Source: Magallana gigas (Eukaryota). Taken from it: a stretch of 64,000 nucleotides of DNA. Below are positions 50,754 to 63,750 of the stretch, piece after piece. The position numbers were made by a program, and so were the translations under genes. The notes below the pieces were generated by a model. That model was not told where the DNA came from, did no database searches, and saw only the letters and a list, made by a program, of their open reading frames with translations. Where the stretch lies: positions 27,342,001 through 27,406,000 of the forward strand of contig NC_088856.1 in NCBI RefSeq assembly GCF_963853765.1, given 5' to 3'. Position 1 is the first letter of the stretch, and each line of letters opens with the position of its first letter.

Positions 50754-51015
50754 ATTTGCATCAAAATTAAAAAGAAGCATACAATCCTGCAGATATGTGA
50801 TTTATCATATCATTGTGGTTCCTTTACTTGTGACTTAAGGTTGGTGAACATAATTTTCATGAAATATTAATTTTAATCCTTTTTAACAGTTTGTATTATT
50901 AGAGCATTAAAGTGTTTTAATAAATTTGTTTTCATGATTTTAGATTTTAAAATATAAAAACCTTGTACGTTTTTTGATGAACCACAGTAAAGAGAAAACC
51001 AACGATCATTCCGTC

Positions 51016-53732
51016 ATGCAAATTTCTTTACTTTTTGGCTTGTTATCTTTAATTGGTAAGGATTTTAGTTCAGGTATGTTTTTTATCTATATTTTCATAT
51101 AATTATTTTTCTCAGATGATATTTGTTTAATTCAACTTAAAAATAATGTAACTATACAACATTTTCTTTCTTTGATAAAGAAGTAATCAGAAATTCATCA
51201 AAATCTTGTATCATGTCAATGCACACCGATGGATGTGGAAATCGTGGACTGTTGTGGCAATGTGGCAACCGTAACCTATCTGAAATACCTGAGCACATTC
51301 CATTAAAATATAAAGGAGAATTTGTGACATTAGACCTATCTGAGAATCAGTTTACAAGAATCACAATGGAAACTTTTCACAATATTGACCCACGTGTTCG
51401 ATCTCGCATTACATCTATTTCATTACGGAATAACCCTATTAGACATATAGGAAACTTTTCTTTTCAGTGTCTTTGGCGTTTATGTGAATTGGATCTTTCT
51501 ACATGTCACCTTCAGAGGACGTCTTTTGAAATAAACTCCTTTGGAAATTCCCTTCTAAATCAATTAAAAATATTAAGACTGCATAATAACTCATTTCGTG
51601 GCAATGGATACCCTGATACTGCTATTTCGAAAGCGAAACTGTTAGAAAACTTGACCCTCGATGTGTTTGGTGGTTTTACTTTCAGTTCATATTTTCAAAA
51701 TTTAACGAAACTGAAGAAAATTGAATTCATCACCGGAAATTCTAAATTCCATCTAACGAATTCCACTTTCCGCGGGTTGATAAAATCTCCTATAGTAAAC
51801 CTGGAAATGATTTTTAAATTCAGGGTATATAGTGATGTCAGTGACGATATCTTCTGTTCGTTTCCATTTCTGAAAGCGGTGCATATTGAGTTTGGAGGAA
51901 TGTGTGATTTGAATGTGGTATTAAAATCTTTAAAGTGTCTTCAACATCGGACAATGGACCGCATTGTTGCATACAACAATAATCCAATGATTGCCAAAAA
52001 TGCAGTATATCTCGATAATGAAAATTGTAAATACCTTTTCAATATCTGTTCCAGAAGAGTTGAACTAATAAAGAATCGTATTGTGGGAATTTATGACAAT
52101 CTTTTGAGCACAGTCATGGGTCAGTGCATGGAATACTTCGATGTTTCATCAAACAGGATTAGAGTTATCAACCCCTGGTACATGCTGGATTTTTTGACAC
52201 GATATCCAAATCTGCAGGTCTTCAACTATAGCTCAAATGCTGATCAATGCAATTGTGAATCTCCCAGGTATAGCCATCGCCCAACACTTGCAGCTTTGAG
52301 AATGATCGACTGTGAAAACGATAAATTTTCACAAATTGCTTCAAATATGTTTGTATCCAACGTTTCAGGTAAAACATATCTTAAAAAGAGAGGGTTAATG
52401 GCATTTAAGATTTCCGAAAAAATAAGAGTGTTAAATTTTTCCAAAAACTATTTAAACCGATTAACATATCCTTTACCTTTTGATATCTCGCTTAATGCCA
52501 TGAATTTAAAAGAATTGTATGTAGTTCGTACTAACTTCCCATGCAAATACATGGCACCCATTCAAACTCCTTTCTTGGAGATTCTCGACATTTCCAACAA
52601 TGACTGCAGCGAAATGAAAATGCGAATTTTAATGTTTGCCAAGAAACTACGGATTTTTGTGGCATCTAATATAAACCTAAGCTTTGCTGGTAGTTTAAAA
52701 TATGGAAAACTTTTCCGTGGTGTTATGAGCCTTTGCAAAGTTGACTTAAGTCGCAATTCGTTAATATATTTGCCACCAGCCATGTTTAAAGATCAGGAAA
52801 AATCTTTATTAACAGCGAATTTTGATTATAATCTGTTTTCAACAATTCCTGTTTCAAATTTGAGAAACCTTACTCGGTTGTATTTACGTCATAATAAAAT
52901 TCCATTCTTCACTAGAACGGATTTTGAAAAAATATCGACATTGGGAAAGTCTGTTGTTTTTATTGAAGGAAATCCGATAAATTGCGAGTGTACAAACATT
53001 TTGTCACTGAACTGGATGAAAGAAAATCAAGACAAGTTTGGGGATTTGAATAAAACTCTATGCATCAACCAAAATGTGTTCCTGTCGAACTTTTTTCAGG
53101 AACAGACATTTAAAAAGTTTGAGTTGATATGCCAGTCAGATGTTTGGTTGTTAGGTTCCTCATTTGCATTGGTTTTTGTTATAATCATTTTGCTTACGAC
53201 AGCAGCTATTAAAAGATATCGTGTTCATGTTGATTATATTATTTTACGCATGCGCAGTCGATGGAAAGGGGTTATGTGCATGGCGAATTCTGAAAAGTTC
53301 CGATTTGATGCTTTCGTCACATACACTGAGGAAGACTACCAACTCGCCTGCATTACTTTTTACCAAACTCTCGTCCGTCTTGGTTTCAAAATCAGTATGC
53401 CTGATAAAGACTTTTTACCCGGAATATCTGAAGCGAAACAACTACTTCAATGCATCGACCAGAGTCGAAAAGTTGTCATTATTGTCACCGAAAATTTTCT
53501 AGAAAACGGCTGGAACTCGTATGCTGTGCAAATGGTGGTTACTCATGCTTTTCACAACCAAAGGGAACGGTCGATTATAGTGATAATTAAAGATGACATT
53601 TCCCTCGAGCGGTTACCGCGAGACCTGAAATATATTTGGTGGTCCATTGTCAGCATAAGATGGCCAAATGGAGACGAGACTATGGATAAATTCTGCGAGG
53701 AGATCTGTGCTGCTTTACGCCCCGATCCATAA
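51016..53732 (+). CDS. Toll-like receptor TLR-D, full length, second subtype (exons 51016-51073, 51181-53732; ~869 aa)
   Basis: Signal exon MQISLLFGLLSLIGKDFSS, phase-1 GT-AG intron in frame with the 839-aa ORF; LRRs, LRR-CT, TM, complete TIR. Confidence 0.92.
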
Positions 53733-53997
53733 AAAATGATGTCAATTTTTAAATAAAGGATATTCATGGTTGACGTCACTGTTCACTGTTTGTGAATGTT
53801 TGTACAGTCATCTAATATACTTTCTACTAATTCTAATTTTGACTTGAATGTTATGCATTTTACATCTTTATGGAAATTGAAAGTTTACCTTTTGACAATT
53901 TTTAACGAAAATACACGTAACTGTCAAAGAAATACATGTTAAATTATTATAATTATTAAAATCGATTGAAGGAAAAATAGCAAGATTTCTCAGTTGA

Positions 53998-54000
<3 letters not shown>

Positions 54001-54036
<36 letters not shown>
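54001..54036. repeat. (CT)n microsatellite
   Basis: Direct reading. Confidence 0.95.
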
Positions 54037-54040
<4 letters not shown>

Positions 54041-54873
54041 AATGAACACGAATTTGTTTACATACTCATGGAAATACATGTAGTGTACTAGATTCTAAAT
54101 TGTTAAAACCACGTGACCTCCGAAATAAGTCTTGCCATGAAGTCCAACAATCGAGGGATTCAAAGTTAAACAAAGAATTATATACCGAAAATGATTAAAA
54201 GTCCTTCTAGCTCCTCAAGAACTACAATAGTACAATTTGTGAGATTATTACGTATGCAAGCATCATCAGATATTTTTACTAACAAGCAATTTCGAAGAAT
54301 AATGAAATCTTAATTTAGTTCATATCAATAATAATTTCATAAATAACAACTCGCAGATGGTGTGTAACTTCTTTCTGTATGTATATATAAAAAAGACCCC
54401 CCCCCCCAATAATTGCAAGATTAATATATAAACATCTTTCCTGTTGCTGCTTCCAGCCCTTAAAACCTTTTATATATATAAAAGCAGTAGATGTAGTTAT
54501 TGGCATTTCATTGAAAAGTATTAAGATAATAATAATTATTAAATAAAAGTCAAATTGAAAACAAATGGTTATTAATATGTCTTTTTAAACGATTATCATC
54601 AAAGAATTTACAAACTGTTACTATTTTTTCTTGGTGTTAATTTTTTTGGTTTGCTTTAAAATAACTATATTTATTTAATTATTAATGAGATTTGATAGCA
54701 TATAATTTTCGGCATAATGATTGTGAAAACTTGTTAAAATAACCAACATTGTCAATGTAAAAAAAAAAACACGAAAAAAACCCCATAGATAGTCAAATAG
54801 AACTCGCTAGATATTATAAGGCACATACACTGTAACATAAAGGGTGTTTCATTCAAGTAAAATTATGCCTTAA

Positions 54874-55810
54874 GGTAGTACGAAACACCCCTGAAATTAA
54901 TTATTTGAAATATTTTCTCAAATACACAAAATAATGACTTAATATTATGTAAAAATTAATTTCAGTCCATTATCTTAAGAAAAAAATATAAATCATACCC
55001 ATAAATTACTCAAGGCCAAATAAACTTATGATACAACGTATTTCGAATATTTTGAAACATACATTTGGATGGTGTTCATATGATTTTTGTGCAATTTAGC
55101 CTTATATCATTTTAAAATGCGTAACTTGTGTTCTATTCATAGTAAAGAGCTGAAATTTGGACACAACATCCAGTGCTTAGGCTTAGGCTTTATGTCAAAC
55201 AAATTTCAAGGTCATATCAACAGGTCAAAGGTCAAATATGATGACGTCATCTAGGATTTTTATCAATTTATACCTCTGTCAAACATACTTAAACCTTAAT
55301 TTATCTAAAACCAATGGTTAAATTTTGTTTATTTTGATATATGTTAATTACAGGGTCATGACAATCATACTGTAAAATTTTATTCAAATTTGAATTATAC
55401 ATTTTCTTTTTAGATACCGTTAAGTGCTGCAAATGTTCATCTTAAAAGAGTATTCACAAGCACTAGTTTTACATTATATCGCATGAAAAATTATCTTAAG
55501 TTACCAGTTAGAATTTATTTCAGTATCTTTAACTAACAAGAAGGTCTACTGTCTTAATAGCAGCCCAAATATTTGTAATATCTTGAAAAATAACTTAATG
55601 GCATAGAAAATTATAACAATGACCATTTCATTTTACACTCCACTGAAAGGAGATTCCACTGGTAGGTTTGGGGCGATGTGGGCAAAAATTTTGAGGTCGG
55701 ATTTTTTTCAAATTTTACGTATTAAAAGATTTCACTCCAAAGGAAGAAAGAAAAAAATTTCAGAAAAATTGAATTATAGGAAAAATTTAGCTTATCTGTT
55801 TTGTACTACC
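54874..55810. mobile_element. Kolobok-like non-autonomous element with TTAA duplication
   Basis: TTAA|GGTAGTACGAAAC ... GTTTTGTACTACC|TTAA. Confidence 0.75.
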
Positions 55811-56324
55811 TTAAATCTTTATTTTTTTCCCCACTGTTTGAAAAAAAAAACATTTAGGGACCATTTATTCATAATAAAACTTAATTTTACCCTGGAAGTG
55901 ATTAGCTTATAACACATTAATGGTCGATTGGCGGTTGTACATCATTTTAAATGTATACTATCAAGATACATACTATGTATATTTACACATACAATTGTAC
56001 ACAAATCTCTGTATAATAAATAAATTGCCTGCTTATTTACTTACTTATTAATTTATGTATCTTGTATTTGTAACTTTTTATTGATTGATAATTTATTAAT
56101 TTGAAAAATATTTAATTACAAAAAGATCTGAAGAAATAAGTTCCTAATTAAGTAATTAATGGTATTTGATAAACTCTGAGGAATATTGACAGCGTTTTGT
56201 CGCAATCGGAACAAAAAAAAGTCAGAGGACCTTGATTAATCATTTGACTGACCAATGCTAAAGACTAGGTAAAAAAAACATCAGTCTTAGATAAGCGGTG
56301 TGAAAGGGACTTATGAAAAAAAAA

Positions 56325-56640
56325 TTGTTCGGACGAATTAGGATTTGTTCGGACGAATAAGAATTTGTTCAGACGCAAGTAGCTATTTGTTCGGACGAAT
56401 TAGGATTTGTTCGGATGAATAAGAATTTGTTCAGACGCAAGTAGCTATTTGTTCGGACGAATTAGGATTTGTTCGGATGAATAAGAATTTGTTCAGACGG
56501 AATTAGCTATTTGTTCGGACGTACTAGGATTTGTTCGGACGAATAAGAATTTACTCAGACGCAATTAGCTATTTGTTCGGACGAACTAGGATTTGTTCGG
56601 ACGAATAAGGATTTGTTTGGAGGAATACGTTATTTGACGT
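56325..56640 (+). repeat. Tandem array of ATTTGTTCGGACGAA-core monomers with a 62-bp (20+20+22) higher-order period
   Basis: ATTTGTTCGGACGAATTAGG / ATTTGTTCGGA(C/T)GAATAAGA / ATTTGTTCAGACGCAAGTAGCT repeated ~4.5 times; inverted copies at 60420-60480. Confidence 0.92.
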
Positions 56641-56776
56641 TTGGACAATAGAACTAGGATTTTTGAGGACGAAGAAGTTATTTGTTTATATGAAGAGTGT
56701 GTTATCAAGCCACCCATTTCCTTCAAATGATAAATTACAGAAATGATACATATATATTAACTGTAAACTATACAAT

Positions 56777-56784
56777 TGTCATGT

Positions 56785-56822
<38 letters not shown>

Positions 56823-56889
56823 TACAACATGCATATGACAACTTTTGTATTTACATCCACCCAGTAAATTCAAAATTTACAACATGACA
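56777..56889. repeat. Long hairpin (~44-bp arms, ~22-nt loop), palindromic MITE-like
   Basis: TGTCATGTAAATTTTGAATTTACTGGGTGGGTGTAAATACAAAA versus TTTTGTATTTACATCCACCCAGTAAATTCAAAATTTACAACATGACA. Confidence 0.85.
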
Positions 56890-56990
56890 CAATATCTGAC
56901 ATATTCTACTGTAAAGCTGTAAAGCTCAGTTCTCAAAATCTATCACAATGTTGCATGTCGGTAAAGGGTTGGAGTTAGGTTTTCCTGGCG

Positions 56991-58449
56991 TCCTGCAGGC
57001 ATGTTCACGAAGCTATCTTAGGACTATGGTATGTCCTAAGTACATCTTAGGATACGTCTTAGTCTTAAGTCTGTTTCTCGAAGCTCTCCTAAAATTTAGG
57101 AACCGCCATAACTTTGTCCAAACTTTAAGACATCACCTACCTTGTCCTAAGACCATCCTAAAGCTATAAAATCACGTTTTTAGGGATATTGGGATGTTGT
57201 GAAGCCTTTTCTTAAGACCCGTAGAATAAGGCAATATTTTCCACAGTTCCAGCATTTTCGACAAACATCAAATTCCTAATCCCGGGGGGTGGGGGGGGGG
57301 GGTGGGGTGGGGGGGCATAGTCATTTATTCTATCATGTATGTTCATTTTAACAAAATGATGTGGAGGGGGACCCCGAACTTACACCACTTTCCCGTTGCT
57401 ACATGCCTGCCTTGGAGCTGACAAATTAAGATTTTTTTTCGAAAATACTATCTCTGTTTGACGAATGAAAGTTATTCACTTATTTTTTTTTTTATCTACA
57501 TTGTACACTAAATGAGTTACATTCATTGTTTTGATTAAAATAATTTTTGATAACAATTATTTAAATGTCCTTTGCTATAAAAATTAAATTTACATCGGGT
57601 TTTATATACCATGCGTGATCATTCCTAATTTTTATCACTTTATTCTGAAAAAAATAATCTTAAAAAAATGTGTAATGTTGAATGAACTGTATTTATATAT
57701 TTTCGAGATATATTACAACTTATTTCTTATTTAACACGTTCGTGTATTCTATATATTGCAGATTAAAGGGAAATTGGTTGTGTTTGTACGAGTACATGTG
57801 TTTCCTCATGTAACGTTTCAAATTCTATGAAAATCGTGTGTTTATGTATTACATATACTTGAATGACAAGATTCTCAAATGTTAATTATGAAATGACAAT
57901 ACACACGTGTTGTTTACATAATTATCTGCTTGTAAGCCAATTCTGTCCGGATAAATATTTTCTTTATAAATAATATAAATAAGAACAGTTATTTGAATTT
58001 TTGGGGGCTTGTAATATTTTTTATTTTAATTTCTTTTTTTTTTTGGGGGGGGGGGGGGGGTTCATTTAAAGAAAAACAAACTAAATTGTTATTGGTAACT
58101 ATATATATTTAGGTAAATTTAAAATCATTAAAATGCATACATTAAAATTACTGGTTTTAGGCCTTTTGTGATAACTACCGAGACGTACAATTTTCTCTAG
58201 CAAAATGTTTAATGATTCATCCCTACACAAGTCTCTCAAATTCGATCTGAATGAATAATTGTGAAAAATAAGAATGGTTGTAGAAGGTTAGGATATCCTA
58301 ACTTAAGATGTTCTTAAGTAACCGTCGAGCTACATCTTAAGACGTGTCCTAAGTTGATCTTAAGATGTTCCTAACTTTTTTCCTAAGTCATATCTTAGGA
58401 ACACACTTAGGTCATATCTTAGGAAAGTTTTGTGAACATGCCTGCTGGG
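56991..58449. mobile_element. Non-autonomous CCCAG-ended EnSpm/CACTA-like element with CTTAAG/CTTAGG subterminal repeats, nested in the 4.2-kb element
   Basis: TCCTGCAGGCATGTTCACGAAGCT..CTTAGGA versus CTTAGGAAAGTTTTGTGAACATGCCTGCTGGG; target duplication not preserved. Confidence 0.8.
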
Positions 58450-58869
58450 TTCCCGATGATCTAAAACTAAAGGTTGGTCCTAATTATTGTCTCTTTAATC
58501 AACAATTTTGAATCTGTTTGATTTTAATTTTAACCTTTGACAACATCGAAAATCACCGACACAAAATCAAAGTTAATCGTCATCATACTAGTATGCATTT
58601 CTAGCTATAGATAAAAAGGACCAGTTCGGCCAATAAGAATGGGCGGAATTTTTTTTTCGATAGTATGACTCATTATTCAATAATATAGTGAAGATAAATT
58701 TGACATAACCTTTTGAATATGTATTCTATAACATAAACTTTAATTATTAATATACAAACCTAAAATATATTGGTCAATTGTTTTGTAAGCTTTTATTTCA
58801 AATTAAATTGTCCAGTTTTTAATTTTCCCTAGAACCTAGTTTTAACACTAATGAGTGTTACAATACCGT

Positions 58870-59400
58870 CATTTGTATGATTATTAATAGCGAGCGCAGC
58901 GAGGCGGCGCGAAGCGCCGCTCGCGTAGCGAGCTCCATAGACAACGTGTACGAACGGAGGAAATTCGAGTTAAAATCTGCACATTGTTCAAAGAAAATTT
59001 TGTGGACCCGCGTGAAAACGTTCTACTATCCCAGTGATCCTTTGCGGTGCATAGCAACATCGTGGAACAGGAAGTGTTTCTACGGAAAATTCTTACCTCT
59101 ACATCGCATACATCATTTTCATTTAACAATAAAAAAATCCTTCTAAAAACATTACAGTAAACAAATAAGCTTACGTAAAAAAACTGAACTTTATATGACG
59201 TCATTTCCTTCTCCGAATTTGTCCGACAATTTACGAAAACTGTCGAGCGCAAAAGAATGTTAACTATGACGTCACAAAGATCTCGCGTTTTAATTTCCCG
59301 CGATACATTTAGAGGTGGATCAAGCATATGTACTGTCTGGATCATGTAGGAAGTACTCAGTATCAGTGTTAACGGTGACTCTTTGGCTGATTAGTTTTGA
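58870..59400. repeat. Interspersed element with a GC-rich hairpin end (Helentron- or Crypton-like), nested in the 4.2-kb element
   Basis: GCGGCGC-GAA-GCGCCGC stem-loop (58904-58920) flanked by GCGAGC motifs; CpG-rich relative to flanks; far boundary uncertain. Confidence 0.45.
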
Positions 59401-62083
59401 TCTACGTGCAGCCACGTCATTTTGTAATGAATAGATAAAAGAAAAGAATTAAACTGTTAAAATATCTACCGGTACATGTATTTGTTATATAGTTGCATAT
59501 GTGGTCAAATAATATTGGATATCACACACTAAGAAAGGGTTGAGGGCACATGTCTACAACGCAGCGTCGCTTATATAGCGTACAGAAATTAAAAAGATTT
59601 AAAACAAAATTGATGTCACAGAGGAAAATAATTAAAACACAGGTTACAACAAGGAACAAAATGAGAAATAACAGACAAGATTTATTTTTTTTACTGATTT
59701 TAATGATCATTATTAAAAGGTAAAGAAAAGATAAAACATAATTGTATCTACATAAAAAAAAACGGCGTTGTGTTTATCAAAATATTTTAATACAATGTAA
59801 GTCTGTTTAACATTTTATTAATGCTCAGTGGTAGTTTGTTTAAGTGTATAAGACTAGGAAGGGGTCATTGGATAACTTCGGGTTCCTTGCGGTGGTAAGT
59901 TTTCGAGACAAAGCCAACGTTTTTTGGTTAGGGCATGTCCACGGGTTGCATTTAACAATGATGACAGATGTGTGGTTCCTTCTGCGCTCGCCCCAACGGT
60001 CACACCGTAAAACATATTAATGTTTTTTTTTTCCTCTTATGATTCTAGACAATGGAAAAAATGTAATATTTAAATGCCTCATCAGAGGTCTATTTGACTG
60101 ACGATCAGTATTTTATTATGAAATCATATTTCAATTTTTTGTGTGTGTGTATCATATCATAGTTATGGTGTTGGGCAATTTAAGTGACTTTAATTATAAA
60201 GTATAAATAAAATTCCTTTTTTATTTTTTTTTATTTAAATAAGTTATTTAAGTAACAGCATGATTATAACAATTCCACGAAACATAACTTTGATATAAAG
60301 ACAAAAGAAGATATTTCGTTTTTCCTGTCTCCCAAGAAATAATTTGTCTATAGATAATAGCTGATTCTTTCAAATCTATAAGTTATTGAACGAACAAAAA
60401 GCTAAGGTGAGGACGGAAAAAATCCTAGTTCGTCCGAACAAATAACTTATTCGTCCGAACAAATCCTATTTCGTCCGAACCAAAAAGATTTATTTTTTCG
60501 TCTGGCCCTTCCACGCCGCCGTACATTTCTAGTCTGAATGATTAAAAAAAACTAAAGTCATTTGTCTTCTAGGTTTTATAAAAAATACGAAATGGCTCTT
60601 CAGTGGATTAGAAGTTGATCTTATTCAAATAGCATACACGAAATATTTCTTGATCAACCTACTAAATCCCTGTGTGTTCTGACGTCATTTCCGTACAAAA
60701 CAGACAATTGTTGACAAGAAACCCACAAAGGTTTGTTAGCCTTCTTACTACTTTCTCTTGTGTTTTGGCTATGACAGAATGGTATTTATTGGTGTAAATT
60801 AAAGAAAATGACACAATTAGATTTGGTTGGTAATCATTTGTGAAGATGATGAAAAATACGAGATCGATTTGCGTCATTAATGTTGGAAACCATTGTCCCA
60901 ATCAGCTGTCGAATCTAGTGTAAAAAAGACAAAGAACTGTGTCCACTAACATTCTTTTATCATTAAGGGTAAGATTTAGTTTAAAATATGGCATATATTT
61001 ATTATTCCAAAATTGTGTTCCAGTTCTTGAAAGTGATCAATCGCGCTACAGATACTAAATGAATTCAATTGATTTTTATCTGGTACATGTGTTGATGTAT
61101 TAGGTTTCACCTTCCCACCATGCCAATTACGTTAGTTACGAAATCTGACCCTACAGCTTTGCCGAATCTTCATCTCCCTCTCATTTAACTCTTTTCTCTC
61201 TAACTGGTCTTGACCTGATTTTATAATTAACAATGAATCATTTGCATTGGTTACTTTGAGCATAAACACAAATGTCACTTGTCGCATAAAATTATAATTT
61301 ATAGTTTAATACTGTAACAGTATCCTCATAAATATTATTTTGTTGGGTTTTTTTTTGTATTTATATATACATAATCAAATGAAATGCACACACTATAGCT
61401 ATGCTGTATTACTGCTTGCCATGACATCAGAGATGTTTATGTAAAATGATTGAGTTATATAGATATATTAAAGCAAAATGAGCTGTATTTTTTAAAAATT
61501 TATTTTGCTGCAAATACCTGCTAGTATGTTAAGTCTGCATGTTACTTAAACTTTTATCATAAATAAGATTTGAAAAAATCATTAATTTTTTTCAGAAGAA
61601 ATATTTCTCTTCTAAGGAATATATAGCAGTACAGGACAACAATAATTCAATTTTGCTTCAATTTAGGCTTCTTATTGGCTTTTCCCACAAAAGTAAGGCT
61701 AACAGAAATTAAAAAAACCATATTTTTGTCAATTTAGTAGAAAATAACATTTTAGTAAAAAAAAAAAATTCAGCTTGAAAATTGCAGCTCATATTGCTTT
61801 AAGCATAATCAGGTATATTCTTCAGCATGTTGAGTGCTGCAAGTTAGACTATTCTGACACATTAATGACTTTATTGAAGGTCGGATTTTAACAATTGTCG
61901 CAAATCATGAACTAATTTTAGACCTTAACTATTGTGCCTTGTGGACTTGGCTAATCTATGTTAAGCTACATATAATATTCAGTATTTGCTCCAATTTCAT
62001 ACAGCAAGTGAAGTGATAATGAGGACTTTCTAGTTAAACGGATGGTAATAAAGCAATCAAATTGTTTGTTTCCTTATTAACAG

Positions 62084-62993
62084 ATGTCGATGTCGGAGGA
62101 CTCCGATTATGATCACTCTGATCACATGGAAGATGATGATTATGATTTTGGCGGTTACTATGACAACGACACTGATGACCTTGACATAGACAAGCCCAAG
62201 AAGAGTGAAGATCCCGAGTACTTTGAATATGAACTTCTGCAGGTAGAGGATGTGGAACGTCTTCTAAATGAAGAAGTGGAAGTCTTGTGTAGTGAATTAA
62301 AGGTTTGTTATTTATTCCTTGATGATTTTTAACAGAAAAAATCTTGCTTATTTATACATTCAATGGGCAAGCACAGATTCAGAATACAATTTTTAGTTGA
62401 AACTTCCGCTGGATTTCATAAACACTTTAGGGAGAGAAATGTATAAAATGATAAGTTTATTATTGTCAAATTCCCTGTTTATTTATTTCATCAAAGCACT
62501 TACACATATAATGTACAGGTATTGGATATAATAAACTTAAAAAAAAATTTTCCTACCACTTCCTTACAAGCAGTTACCGGTAATATATCTAGCTAATATG
62601 CAAATTAGTACACATGTACTCTGCAGTTTAATTAAAGATATCATCCTTTTGTTTTTCAGATTGATCCTTACCTTTCCAAAATGCTGCTTCAGGTTCACGA
62701 CTGGCAAAAAGACTCGATTATTGAACAGTAAGTGTTTATTCATGTACAGTCTTATCAACAATTTTCTGTCTTCCTCATCTGTTAAATTTGTAAGCAGATA
62801 AACATGATAAAGGAAGAGGTTTTAACTTAGATACTTAATTTTTTTTTCTTGGCAAGTTCCTGCATGAAAACATTACTTTATACATGTAAGAATTTAAAAG
62901 TGTTCATTAATGTTGATTTCATTCAATAGACACAAAAGGAGCCCTTCCAAGTTATTGGTCGATTCCAAGATCATGCCTGCTCTCAAACATCAG
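62084..62993 (+). CDS. ARIH2: Ariadne-2-like RBR E3 ubiquitin ligase, first three coding exons (62084-62302, 62660-62727, 62930-62993); continues beyond the window
   Basis: Acidic N-terminus, DPEYFEYELLQVEDVERLLNEEVEVLCSELK|IDPYLSKMLLQVHDWQKDSIIEQHKRSPSKLLVDSKIMP parallels the ariadne acidic/UBA-like region; consistent splice phases; RING domains not in window, so ARIH2 versus ARIH1 rests on N-terminal similarity. Confidence 0.8.
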
Positions 62994-63638
62994 GTGAGTG
63001 TTAAGCCGTGGGAAGTGAAATACTGATTTAAGTACTTTGATAGAAAAATCTTTCATAGATACAAAACATGTCAATCTTTGTATGATATATAGTATAACAT
63101 ACATTGTAATTAATATGAAATTGCAAGAGATCATTCCCAATTTTTCAAAAGTGTATAAAACACATTTGTGTTATGAAAAAGTAAGATTCTGATAGATCAA
63201 AAAGAGAGTTGGTTTAAGTGTTCTGGCCAGGGGGTTTGCATTTGTAATTTAAATCTGTAAGTAAGGTATGAGATGTGAGCTCATGAGAAACAATATGTTG
63301 TTTTAACTGCGTATGACTGTTACATGCATTTATCATAAGATCCTACATGTGTGTATATAATAGACTCTATTTTTTTGGGAGTTGATTTTAATCAACTCTC
63401 CTATGCAGTTACTCAAGCAAACCGAAAGTGAAACAGTGTTTGGACCTAAGCAAAATTCAACACCGCTGTCAACATTTAGTTCTAATCAATAAATTCGATG
63501 TAATAAGTTCTTAAGCATTGTTTTTCAAGGAAACTAATTTATAGATACCTTGTAAATAGTCAGATTTTAAATGGTACGAACAATTAAGATATTTTTTGAA
63601 GTCGTACAATTTATGTATTCCTACGCCAGAGTTCAATA

Positions 63639-63750
63639 TAGTCTCGTTCAACCAGACGCTTGACTGTCTCCTTAAATCTCCGACAAGCAGAGAGTCTCTC
63701 TTGCTTTTCGGAGATAAACGGATACAGCTGAGTCTGGTTGAACGAGTTCA
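63639..63750. mobile_element. ~110-bp palindromic TAG-starting MITE (Academ-like) in an ARIH2 intron
   Basis: TAGTCTCGTTCAACCAGAC ... GTCTGGTTGAACGAG plus an internal CTCCGA..AAGCA/TGCTT..TCGGAG stem. Confidence 0.65.

Larger units (their letters stand above)
56292..60523. mobile_element. ~4.2-kb unclassified TIR DNA transposon with 20-22-bp subterminal repeat arrays and nested insertions
   Basis: Left TAAGCGGTGTGAAAGGGAC..TTGTTCGGACGAA versus right TTCGTCCGAAC..GGCCCTTCCACGCCGCCGTA; absent from the paralogous segment at ~43-44.1 kb. Confidence 0.75.

Noticed and set aside
56325-56640. Regular 20-22-bp repeats resembling a CRISPR array
   Set aside because: No unique spacers, no cas genes, eukaryotic context, and inverted copies at 60420-60480 show they are transposon subterminal repeats
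57283-57315. Long G-run with G-quadruplex potential
   Set aside because: Typical low-complexity tract inside a transposon; homopolymer length is unreliable in assemblies
58884-59345. 153-aa minus-strand ORF
   Set aside because: Lies within a nested repeat, with no recognisable domain or splice context
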